Positions 1 to 11,001 of a stretch of 64,000 bases of DNA are shown here, one piece after another; positions within the stretch are counted from its first letter, which is position 1, and each line of letters starts with the position of its first letter. Made by a program: the position numbers and the translations under genes. Under the pieces are notes generated by a model. The model ran no database searches, had not been told where the DNA came from, and saw nothing but the letters and a program-made list of their open reading frames with translations. This DNA is from Podarcis melisellensis (taxonomy: Eukaryota). The stretch lies in assembly GCA_964234715.1 (NCBI GenBank), contig OZ174283.1. The stretch is one strand, 5' to 3'.

Positions 1-1080
1 TTACCCACCTTCTCTGTCTTAAGTGTGTTTTTTTCTTTTCAACTTCTGCGTCCTCCATCTTTGCTATCTAAAAGCTTTCTTTTGGTGAACTTGTAACAGC
101 TTAACTCTTGTGCAGTTCTTCAGTGACAATTGGTTTTATTTTTCAGAAAACAATCCTTTTAGACATTGTTTATGGAATATTACAGCTTCAGTGAAACACT
201 GCTCTACCTTCTGAACTGCATCTTCTTTGGTCTCTTTCTATCAAAGCCTAATTCTTTTCTTTCATCACTATGTAGCCTTTTACTTTGCTGAAGTGCTATG
301 CTGGTTTCTTAACGTAATTGTTAGGCAAATTACTCAGGTGGACCAAGTGCCCTACGTTATTGTCTGCTGATTCTTTTCCCTTCATATTTGTTTGCGTTTC
401 TAGGAGCAGGATTTGTAGAATTTTGTAATCTGAAAAGATGTTTGGATGGGGTGGAGATGTCCCATTGCCAGAGTGATGCGCCCTGCTTGCACCTGCTGAA
501 ACTGCAAGCAGGCAGAAGCTACTCCTGACAGTATATTCACTGGCAGTATGTAAGACACTTGAAACATGGCATGTATGGAGCAGGGAGGGGCATAGAGATG
601 AGCCAGTCCAAGCATCCATCAGATCCTAAACTAGCCTGGAGCTAGCACAAACAGTATCAGCACAAATACTGCCAACCCACCTTTCTCTCTGGCTGGCAAT
701 AGCAGCAGTAGCTTTGCTGTTCCATTCAGCCTTGCTGCTCCCTGATGGGAGTTTGGATTCCACCATCATTGTTGGTTGTATTCATCATTAGAGTTAACAG
801 GCATATTCCTGATAGTGCACTAGTGAGGATAAACTTTTGGTAAATGGAAAGAGTCTAAATCACCAGAATTTCACACCAAGAGAGAATTCTTAGGGATCTA
901 TGCATTTTAATTTGCTGGAGTGTCTGGATCATACTTTGGAGCACTGAGAGTGTAATCAAAACTCCCAGCTAGGAGCAGTGAGGCTGAATGGATTTTGTGG
1001 AATACCCATTTAGTTGAGATTAGACAGGCCCATTTCCTGTTGAATTTCAGGTACCTGACAAGGACCTTACTACTTCAGGC
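1..1080 (-). pseudogene. MATR3: Matrin-3-like processed pseudogene (ZnF1 + linker + RRM2, RRM1 missing; stops and frameshifts; continues off the left edge)
   Basis: Manual minus-strand translation. 861-769 gives DLDSFHLPKVYPH*CTIRNMPVNSNDEYNQQ, vs MATR3 [33 protein letters not shown]. 434-402 gives FRLQNSTNPAP, vs FMLQQSTNPAP. ~357-100 gives VGHLVHLSNLPNNYVKKPA*HFSKVKGYIVMKEKN*ALIE/ETKEDAVQKVEQCFTEAVIFHKQCLKGLFSEK*NQLSLK, vs RRM2 LGRVIHLSNLPHSGY...[63 protein letters not shown]. The segments are colinear, with no intron across RRM2. Confidence 0.88.
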
Positions 1081-1179
1081 ATTTAATAAAGTTTGGTGAA
1101 TTATTGTGATTCATTTTACAATTTTATGTATGCTTCTTAGATACTACACTAATTAAGTGTATAAATACATTAAATAAAT

Positions 1180-2900
1180 ATGTGGGGAGACAAACATCTT
1201 CTCAGGGTATGACTGAAGTTCACTGATGGTCAGAACTGCCGCTTCCCCATCTCCCTGGTACTCTGAATACACAGGCTTCCACAGTGAATTATAATTTGTA
1301 TATTCTGGACATAGGCTCCACCACAAGACAGACTATCATATCCCTTTTTAAAATTTAGTTAACTTAGCTGTATTTTATTAAGCATGAAGTGCTCTGGTTA
1401 ATCCTTTTAGGAAATGCTGGTCTAGTAGAGGGGGAGGCATGACAAAATAGGAAAGTGCCACCCTGTGCCTGCCCCTGTCACCCCCCATCAAAGCCTTGCT
1501 TACCAGGGGCGTGGGGCAGTGGCTCCTAGGTTCCAATGAGAACTCCTAGAGCCCTGCAAGAGCTTGCAAGAGCTCACAGGGCTCTTGCCAGGTCTCACCA
1601 GAACCTTGAAGTTGCCACCACTACTTCTCACTTCTATGGCAGGGGCAACCTGTGGCATTATTCATGATTGGCTAGGAACACCAAGGAAGTCACTGTCAGT
1701 ATATCAGTCACATATAGATCCAAGCTTGGTAATTCCTATTTGAAGTTGACTCTTGGCATCCTTTGGTATTGTGTATATTTTGTATCAGAGATGTCTAAGA
1801 AGAAAATTCACACTAAAAAGCTAGGCATTTCAAACAGATACTGCCAAGAAAAAGGGTTCAATAAAGCCCATAGGTTATTCTTCAGCACAGAGTCTTGGGG
1901 GCACTGAATCAGAGATTCACCTCTTTTGCTCTCAGAATGGGTAATAACGAAGCTGAACTATTCCGAAACAAGCCAAGCTGAAAGGTCAGTCCCTAACTAT
2001 TTCCCTCCGTCTGCTCCAATTTGGAAGCACGGCAGACTAGGCTCCATACATGCAGTGTTTGCTTCAGTGGAATCCTTTGCTGTACTGCTTCATTCCACTG
2101 ACTTTTCACTTGGAACACTGTGGATAATTGGTGAATCATTCCGTAGAAGAAAATTCCTTCCCCACTTTCAGATCTCCGTATCACAAAGTGCTTTTGAAAT
2201 TTCCAAACTCAGTGGGGAACTAGGCTGTTTTTCAGGGAAAATAAGATAACTGCCCCACTGTCTGTATTTAAGCCTTTAGCTGCACCTAAAGGGCTCACTG
2301 GATCATAGTCATGGACAAAAGAACCACTGAGTGAATGTAATTTATGGAATGCAACTGGTCTTTTACTAGTACTGGGAGGTTGCGCTTGGAAATTCATCTG
2401 GAACGAGGCCACAGCACAGGGTTTTTCAAAACCAGATTTCCCAACTGCACAAATTCCCCATCAGATACTCCACCCTAAAAAAGCCAGAATGAACACAAAG
2501 CATTCTTTGCTCCTTGTTTACATCCTGTATCAGTGGTGGCTTCTCCACAGGAGTCGTTATTATCTACTGTGCAATAATTAGCAGGACAATCCAATGGCCC
2601 TTGCATTGAGGTAAACTCCAACTCAATGGCACACTGTTACAAGGGCTACTGGGTCATCTTGAAAGTTATCTGTCTAGTCCTGCTGCCTTATCAACTTTGT
2701 GCTGCCAACATTGGTGTCTCTCAAATACCTGACTGCTCCAGTTTTCACCAAGGATGCCTGTTAAGCACAGCTCGGCTGCTGGCTTAAACTGGTCCATTTT
2801 ATGCCACAGTCAATAGGACCTGCTCTGCAGACTTTCAATGCTGATTGCTGTTAACTCACAGAAGAAACAGGACAACTCCTGACACCATATGGTATTATTA
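1180..2900 (-). pseudogene. Probable decayed N-terminal, Ser/Pro-rich extension of the MATR3-like pseudogene
   Basis: Long minus-strand coding-like frames broken by isolated TGA/TAG stops (e.g. SYLIFPEKQPSSPLSLEISKALCDTEI*KWGRNFLLRNDSPIIHSVPSEKSVE*SSTAKDSTE). A motif FHKLHSLSGSFVHDYDPVSP recurs just upstream of ZnF1. No clear MATR3 match, so the boundaries are uncertain. Confidence 0.4.
1430..1660. mobile_element. GC-richer insertion with an internal imperfect palindrome, probable DNA-transposon/MITE relic
   Basis: Composition shift; internal inverted repeat gagccctgcaagagcttgcaagagctcacagggctc at ~1549-1584. Confidence 0.3.
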
Positions 2901-3277
2901 TTTGGGTGTCTTATTGTCCAGCCCTTCAGCAGAACTTAGCCCTGCTTCTACTAAGTTCTTATAGTGAAGATTCACTGTTCATTCTATCTCAGTTTAGAAA
3001 AATATTGTAGGATCAGTAAGAACTCTTTCTTAAGAGCCAGCAGGTTCCTTCTCCTTCCTTCTCCTACATTTCCAACCATCTATATTTCCCAACTGTGCAC
3101 AAAAAGATCCCTGTCTCAGCAACAGAAAAGTTAAAGAACAGGGAGAGAAGATAGCTAAAGATAAGTGACCTAGAAAAGAGAGGATGAGCAGGACTGATAG
3201 ATGTGGTAACAGTGGGCTAGATGGTCTATAAGCCTGGTTCATTTGTGCTCAGCAAGCACTGGAATACAACTTTTAAA

Positions 3278-3478
3278 GGAAAGGCCATGGCTTAGCGGTA
3301 GAATGCATTCTTTGGATCCAAAAGGCCCTAGATTCAGTCTGTGGGATCTCCCAAGTAGATCATGAAAACACTTTTGTTTGAAACTCTGGAAAGCTACTGG
3401 TATATGGTATACACAAATATTGAGGCAGATGGACCAATTTTCAGACAATAGAAGGCAGCTTCATGTGTTCTTATATGT
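3278..3478 (+). mobile_element. tRNA-derived squamate SINE (Squam3-like), decayed
   Basis: Head ggccatggcttagcggtagaatgc (A-box-like), body gaaactctggaaagctactg, tail agatggaccaat...aaggcagcttcatgtgttc. Shared with four other copies in the window. Confidence 0.7.
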
Positions 3479-3656
3479 TTAATGAAAAATGCATCCAAAT
3501 ACACTTTCCCATCCACATTCTGTTGTGATTAGTCAGCTATATGCAACTGGATCAGGGAAGGGAGTTGGCCTGATTGACCATTTTTACACCCTTATCATCG
3601 CAAAAAACATTTCAGAAAGGGATGCAAAAAATAACCAAAAGATGGGACACAGTGTT

Positions 3657-3800
3657 NNNNNNNNNNNNNNNNNNNNNNNNNNNNNNNNNNNNNNNNNNNN
3701 NNNNNNNNNNNNNNNNNNNNNNNNNNNNNNNNNNNNNNNNNNNNNNNNNNNNNNNNNNNNNNNNNNNNNNNNNNNNNNNNNNNNNNNNNNNNNNNNNNNN
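3657..3800. other. Assembly gap (144 N)
   Basis: Run of N. Confidence 1.
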
Positions 3801-3849
3801 TGCTTAGGATTAGAATGAGAAATAGGATCATGCTAGTTAAAGTTGCTGG

Positions 3850-4240
3850 TTAGGAGGGTGATCACCCATTTGCAGAACAAGGAAACATCAATCAGTCCAG
3901 ATAATAACTAGGAATATTTGTGGTCTAAAATGGATAATCTTATGGACTAAGTAATAGAAATGAAATGAGATTTAATAATACAAATTAGAAGAATATTAAA
4001 ACAAAGTCTTTGGGGTCCCTTGGGAGCTAATAATGAGCATTTTTGTTATCTGCTGGGAACTGGAAGCTGGGAGCAACAGGAAAAGAGGAGACCCAGGGTC
4101 TTGGTTAATCACAAAAGGATTATAAGCTATAACATTAAAAAAGCAACAAATACATTTCTATGATATGTTAAGCATAACAATTTTGTAGAAATTGGAAAAT
4201 ATTAATACCTCTGTTTAACGCACTGTTTTGCCAAACAGTG
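3850..4240 (+). mobile_element. Old CR1 LINE ORF2 (RT C-terminal) fragment
   Basis: gaggagacccagggtcttggttaatcac...aaaaaagcaac...aatacctctgtttaacgcactg resembles the CR1 ERDLGVLVDH...KKAN...IPLYSALV segment; heavily decayed. Confidence 0.55.
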
Positions 4241-4582
4241 TCAAGCCATTCAGGAGTGGAGGAAATGTTCCGCAATCTTTTGCATTCCTTTAGCACCTAA
4301 ATTCTGGACATGTCTGGTTAATTGGAAAATCTTGATTACTGACTTCATGTGATAGGCAGTGAATTGTTTATAGCAAACCAGCTGCTACAAAACCTGTATT
4401 GGGACCGAATTTGTGGCATTGGTGGTATGACAATGACTCTTGATTGTGATGGGCCAATTTTCCTACCAGTCAGGTAGGATTTTGATACTAAACTACTTAT
4501 TTGACTTGTTGTTCTCCCCAAATGAGAAATATCAATTAATAAATTTACTAATGTAAAATCTAATCATGTTGTTCCTACATGA

Positions 4583-4668
4583 TATAGAATCATAGAATCA
4601 TAGAGTTGGAAGAGACCACAAGGGCCATCGAGTCCAACCCCCTGCCAAGCAGGAAACACCATCAGAGG
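4583..4668 (-). mobile_element. CR1 LINE 3' end
   Basis: atagaatcatagaatcatagagttggaagagaccacaagggccatcgagtccaacccc is the reverse complement of the CR1 3' terminus with its ATTCTATG-type octamer tail. Confidence 0.85.
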
Positions 4669-7348
4669 CTCCCTTAAACTTAAGATAATATGTAATTTTC
4701 ACTTGGGACTGCAACTGTCACAGATGCAGCAAAATCTAAGTATTTCTGCATAGGCATGTCCCTTATGTATGGCTCCACAGATCTGTTCGCTAGGAAGAGG
4801 GTCCCTCCTCAGTGCCACAAGAACCTCTTCTTCCCATCTCCCTATTCGGAGGAGAGGTAGAAAGGTTTCTTATGTTATACAGCTGAACTCTAGAGCAAGC
4901 AGAAGTGATTTTGCTACCTCAGACACCCAGAGTATTAAAAAGAAATTCACCTCACTACTCCATGCCCCTGAGCTTTGAAGCAGATATAAGTAGTGTGAGA
5001 GACCTGCCACTTCTAAAGCTCAGCATAACATGAGAGAGGCTTGCGCTTCTCTCCACCAAATTATCTTCCATGCACAAAGGATGTGGTGGATTCAATGGTG
5101 ACCACTATTTATTGCTTACTTGGTAACCCAAAGCAAAATTTGTGGACCCTTAATAAAACAACTTCTTGGAACAATCTCTCTCCCCCCCCCATAAAATGGT
5201 AACCTGACACTGAAAGCCTTGAGCTATCCTTTGTCAACAAATGTTGTATTGCAGTGTTATTTAATCACATTGGTTCTCAATTTCTATGCATAGCAACCCC
5301 AACTTGCAAATCTTTATTTACCCCACATAATTGTTTCTACTCTTTTCCAACATCCAGCTTACTAAATTAAAATTTACCTTGTGGTCATATAAGCAATAAG
5401 CAAAATTGAATGTGAGCTGGCTGCTAAATAACTGCACCCTACCAGCAAGAGTTATACATCATGCAGGAGAGGACCTTTTCCATGGGGATGCCCTATATGT
5501 GGAAAACATGTCTGGCTGGCACTGATCCTGTTTATATTCCAGACCAGCTTAATATATGGCTGGTTTGGTTAACCGTTCATGGATTATTAATTGTTCAGAT
5601 TAGAAGTGCAACCATTCCTTAGTTGTTATGCTGTTCATTGATTTTTACTTGCTTTCTTGCTAGTATTAATTGAAATGATTGCTTGCTTTTATTGCAATTT
5701 TATTGTACCCCGCCTTGGAATCATTACTATGACGACAGGTCATAAATACTCTAAAGAAACTATATATGTGGTTGCAGTTTCAATTTCTCCTGGGCAGTTT
5801 GTGGATTCGTTATAAAATTTAATATAGAGATGTAATGTCAAGGATGTGGTCAGTTATTTAAAATAAATATGTGAAGTTCCTTTCTCATCTCCACAACTCT
5901 CTGCAAAGTGCACCTCTCCACTTTGCCTATTCCTTCTCCCAACTTTTTTCCCTTCTTAATTTTTTCTCTCTGCCCCTTTCATTTTTTCATCATTTTACTC
6001 TGCTACTCTTTCTTCCATTCTCAGAGCCCTTTTTAGGACCCTACTTATTTTTTCCCTCTCTAAGTCTTTGTATCTGCCATATTTCTGTGTAGGATCAGAG
6101 CAGTGCAGCCAATGGTATCTACATATTTCTGTCTGCCCTTACCCTTAGTGGCATTAGGGAAGCTTCCTGTTATTTAGTGCAATACAGATGTTCATGAGAT
6201 GGAAAAAATATTGCCCATTCTAGAGTACTGACACAAAATGGAGTTTATCATCAAAATCATGATGTAGTCTTAAAAAGAAACTAGAGTTTTATATTTTAGA
6301 TATTCTTTCTCTAGTGTTATTATTTATTTTACTATTTCATCTTCAAACAACAAGCTTTAAAACAACAAAAGCAACCACCACATTTTACTTGCATGACAAG
6401 GAGTTTGGAGACACATACAAGCTAATTGGCTTGATCCTCATTATTTGAAATTAAAATGTCATACTTTCCTTGGAAGAAGGTGATGTTGCCCTGGTACTTG
6501 ATAGCCAAATTAAAATAATTGGGTCGTTTTAATTTTGCCTGTCTATATTTTATAACTCTGATTGGATAATAAATTTCTTAATACTTCTGTATTATTTGGA
6601 AATAACAGTGGGCAAAGAGATTATAACTTCAAAGTGATTATGACTGGAATCTTTTCTAGCTTTTGGGGTTTCTTATTACTGGTTTTGCTTTAATTAGTTT
6701 AAAGTAAAGATGTGATTCATTATTATTAAAGTGGACTCTGACTTTATTTATTTTACATCTTTGATATAGAATATTGATGAACAATATATTTAGTCAGGTA
6801 ATATTTTGAAATATTTGAGAATTATTTTGGTCATATTTAGTTTCTCTTCAGGATACAGATCTAAAACAGAACCTTTCCAGTAGGCTTAACTTAACTGTAT
6901 AATATAGAATAGGAAACTATGAAAGCAGATGGATGTTTGAAAATGGACCTTGAAGATGATACTGTGACATGATCATAGCAACTAAGGGGTGGGGGGCATG
7001 AATGTAGTGGAGACGTTCTGAATTGGCAAGAGCCAAGACCAACATGCAGAATGTTATAGCAGCTGAGATGAGGTGCTGTTGTTGCATGAGCGAGAGGAGA
7101 GTCAGGATAAATATCATGGGTTTACAATTGTCTGTGTTGCAGTCCTTTAATCCAGTTATGCAGGCATGTCCAGATGGCAGCTGCTTGCTGCATTGGTGGA
7201 AGAAAGAGTCTAGAGAAAGGCAGGTCCTCATTCCTGTGCTCCAAGCAGGATTCAGCTGTATAGGCTACTCACCCTTCCTTAAGACCCCTGTTGGGACTGG
7301 TTTGAGATGCAGGTTGAATGCTATGTATGCACCTGGTTATGCAGTAAA

Positions 7349-7480
7349 GGAAAAGGGCTGTAGCTAAGTATGGAGCATGGAGAGGCCCCCAGGTTCCTGG
7401 CATCTCTGTATAGGACTAGTAAATATCTATTTCTCAAACACTGGAGAATGCTAGTCAGGTTCTTATACTTCCTATGATCC
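7349..7480 (+). mobile_element. Squam3-like SINE, decayed and internally deleted
   Basis: gggctgtagctaagtatggagc...cccaggttcctggcatctc...aaacactggaga...cttcctatgatcc. Confidence 0.55.
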
Positions 7481-8538
7481 TGTAGTGATGTAGATTTGAT
7501 GAATATTCATAAAGCTGGGTTTCATCCAGGTAGTGCAGGAAATAGCTGTGTTGAAACAGTACATTTGATAAGACCTTTTCAAACAAAACAAGGACACATC
7601 TAAACAGATTTAAAAAAATACATCTGGAAAAGGTGTGTTGTGGTTTCTAGCCCTTTAAAGCCGTTGTACGCTTCTATTTTTACTGGACTTTTTAGATACT
7701 GTACTGCAGTATTGTAATGCAGTTTGGTACTTTTGCTTGTGAGCAAAGCAGATGGGTGTTTATGGTGCAGAGTATAGAATTTAGAAACAACTGTGGAAAG
7801 GGGACAAAAGTGAAGTTCCATGTGCGAGGGCAGTAACTCTTCAACAAACTGTGCACGATGCATAAAAACAAAGAAACAAAAAACCTTGTCTTCCTTTGCA
7901 CGGAACAAATTCAGTGGAGGTAGCTTGAATTTCTTCAAAGGAGAGACTTGTGCAAGCTGCTTGCCCAAGAAAAATGGCTAGTGTGAGGTCTCTGGATCAT
8001 TACTTCCCTGCATTCTGGCCCAAATATTCCGTCATCTTCTGGATAGATGTGTGTGTCATTAATGCTGATGAGAATTAAGCACACATGGAAAAGACAAGTG
8101 GATCCCATCCTTTCTCTCACGCATTCTGCATTCCTTTACAATGCAAAACCTGGAAGTCCTTGATCGCTGCTGGATGTGTGAAAATGCTGCAGGACCATAG
8201 ATGCTCGCAACATGTTTGTATTAATCACATCTCGTTATGGCTGTCTCCATCTCGACTGGAAAGCTGCACCCGAGAGGCATCGTTTTAAGAGCTGACAGTC
8301 GTGTGGCATGTTCCTTCCTATCCCCCGTTTCAGGGACTTCTGCGAGGCACGCAAATGTGGAGAGCAGCACGGGCTGCTACAATTTCAGTCTTGTCAGGAG
8401 AAAGATTCTTTCCCGACAGTCCAGGAATTGAAGCGCTCGGAAGGAAGTAAATCTTTCCATCTAGATGTATAACGCACACTCGGGGATTTTTTTTAATTTT
8501 ATTTTTTTAAGCGCCCGTCATGATCAGCCAGATTTTAT

Positions 8539-8539
<1 letters not shown>

Positions 8540-8610
<71 letters not shown>
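8540..8610. repeat. (CT)n microsatellite
   Basis: Perfect CT dinucleotide run of ~71 nt. Confidence 0.98.
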
Positions 8611-8615
<5 letters not shown>

Positions 8616-8728
8616 GAACTGCCATAAATAATATATAATAACTCCTTTCCAAATCTTTAAGGCTTAATGTGCTGTCTTTGGAAAAGCTGCTGTTTTGATG
8701 CTGCTCGTCAGCTTGGCAGCCTAGGCTG

Positions 8729-8767
8729 GCGCGCGCGCGTGTGTGTGTGTGTGTGTGTGTGTGTGCA
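8729..8767. repeat. (GC)n(GT)n alternating purine-pyrimidine tract
   Basis: gcgcgcgcgcg followed directly by (tg)n. Confidence 0.95.
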
Positions 8768-8899
8768 ATACGTTCAAAGGGGGGGAGGCACTCTGGCGTG
8801 GTACGTGCCGGGAACAGCGACAGAGCGCGAGACATTTGTGGCCATCAGAAGTGATTTAAGAATCGCCCGAGGAAGCGGGGAAGCTGTGGCGAGCCGCGG

Positions 8900-9106
8900 C
8901 CTCGCAAGGGTTAAGGGACGCCTCGCCCGCCCTCCCCCCCCCGCCTGGGTGTAAACAGAGGAGCCTCAGCCTATCATGTCTGATTGCTGCTCGGTGCCTG
9001 AAGAGAAAGCCAGGCTCGGTAACATGATACATTCTAGACTGGTTCAACTTGGAAGCGCTGCGCTCGGCTCGTCGCGCCCAGACAGCGGAATCGCCGCCAC
9101 GGGAAG
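8900..9106 (+). other. Probable first exon (start approximate), containing an ATG-initiated open frame from 8976
   Basis: Lies in the CpG island and ends at the strong donor AAG|GTGGGT (GT at 9107-9108). ATG at 8976 has A at -3 and is open for 43 codons to the donor: MSDCCSVPEEKARLGNMIHSRLVQLGSAALGSSRPDSGIAATG. Gene not recognised; may be a uORF. Confidence 0.55.
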
Positions 9107-10989
9107 GTGGGTGACTGCGAAGCGACCCTGTTGACCTTACAAGCCGAGGCGGGATAAAGTGCGATTTCTCACCTCGAGTGGAGCCACTTAGAAAGATTTC
9201 AGGCAGAACCGCCAGCGCTGCTCTAGGTAAATGTAGCGGGGTTTTCCTCGCTCCGCTGCTGCTGCTTTTCTGTACATCGCTTGCTCCGGCGTTGCAATGG
9301 GAGGGAGGAGGCTCCGCTTCTCTTTGAATCGGTGCGGAGAGGCTTTGCTGGCGTTTGAAACGAGGTGGCTTTTTTTAACCCCTCAAGGGCTGAGCTGGCG
9401 AAGGCACAAGCTGAACTTTGCAGATCGCTCTTGCCTGCCAGATGCTGTTGCAAGTAGCTGTTTTCTTGCGAGCGAGCCTATTGTCCTTAACAGCACTTTA
9501 AATTTCATTCCTGGGCGAGGATGGGGTTCTGTCTGCCTAGATTGAAATTCACAGTACAGTAATTCCTTTTCGAGCTTTAGGAGTACCACGTTTCGCTATC
9601 CTTGCCTTTTGATGTAGCTCAGATTTTACGCAGGACTCCTCCAGGCTTTTGGACTTGATTAGTGCAAATCTACCGTGGCATTCTGAAAGGGCAGGGTATA
9701 AAATATTTCTAATTATGGAATCACCCGCTTGTGAAAATAGCAGACCTCATGTATGGCATTGGTTAGCAGGCTGGCTTTTCTTGAAAAACAAAGTCCATAA
9801 CGACAGAGCTAACTTTATAACTGCAAATGTAGTGTAGCTTAAAACAGCATGAAAGCAGGCTGGATTGATTTAGAAATAATTGTTAAATGTTTCCTGTAAA
9901 CTCAGGATTACTCTTTGACATTTATTACGGTATCTGGAAAAAATAAGGCATATCAGAGTTTCTGTAAACAGTTGCACATTCCAGTGCTTTTTATTTATAA
10001 TTCTAGCTCCTTTTCTTTCATGTAACTAATACATGATATACACAGAATATATGACTGTGTTACAAAGTCATTCTGTGTTCTTAGAGCTTAATATAATCAA
10101 ATTCATTGCCTAAAGATGGTGTAGTTGAAGATTTGATCCCTTTCCACTGAAGTGGAAATACTTTCAGTAATTGAAAGCAGATTCATGTCTGGAGTTCTAC
10201 AAGCCAAGGTTTTCATTTTCAAAAATAAACCTTTTGTTCTCCAACTTTAAATGCTTGAGTGAAGCATCCAGAGACCACTGTTTGCTTATTGTCTAATGTG
10301 GTAGTTAAGAGCTATTGGAAATACTTTAAGGGAAATGTTTATTAGAATTCAACTTATTTTGGACAATTCTTGGGTTTAGCTTCACTATATATAACATGTT
10401 AAAATACAGAATGTTTTTTATTAATTCTGTTTTTTTACATGCACATTCCATATTTCATGCACATTCTGTTTTTACATAAGCATACAGTGGTGGCAGTTAA
10501 TACATTTCTTCAACCTTTAGCTAATACAGTACTTCAAGCTGATTTCAAAATTGAATTGTGGACTGGATCTTGAGGAACTTTGAAGGGATAGTGGTCTACC
10601 TCACAAACCTGGACAGCTGCTTTTTGTTAACTTTGTTTCCGTTTTCTGGCTATCATCTTCAAAAAAATTCTTTCAAGAATGCTTTTAGTCAATTCAGGAA
10701 GAGTTGGGTGGGAAATAGACATTGCGGACCTTCAGGCAAAGACGGATCTGCTACTGACCTGGTGAGGAAGTAGAAGACAAGGGAGATAAATAGTAGGACC
10801 TGCCTTACCCTTGTAGGCCCTTTAAACAGCAAAATAAATTGACTGAAATTATGTGAGAAAAGTTCCCAAGGATTGGAACATCCAGCACTGCATACATATC
10901 TGTATATAGCTTGTACAGCATTCACAGCATATCATTTGTATTGATTGCCTGATGGAATGAGTCAGTGTTACCTTTTGATCTTTTTACAG

Positions 10990-11001
10990 ACTGCCATTAA
11001 G
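10990..11001 (+). other. Candidate 12-nt microexon, or the 3' end of an alternative first exon
   Basis: ccttttgatctttttacag|ACTGCCATTAAG|gtgagt: pyrimidine tract plus CAG acceptor and a consensus donor. Confidence 0.5.

Larger units (their letters stand above)
8160..9630. promoter_or_regulatory. CpG island / promoter of an unidentified gene, probably + strand
   Basis: The only extended CpG-rich, GC-rich, TE-free stretch in an otherwise CpG-depleted window. GC-box-like run cgcccgccctcccccccccgcc (~8924-8945); forkhead motif GTAAACA (8951-8957); downstream splice donor. Confidence 0.85.

Noticed and set aside
296-619. 107-aa ORF as an intact small gene
   Set aside because: Only its C-terminal part is MATR3 RRM2-like, and it stops inside the domain; it is a fragment of the pseudogene.
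7168-7182. CTCF-like tgtccagatggcagc
   Set aside because: Only the 3' part of the motif matches; cannot be supported without PWM scoring or ChIP data.
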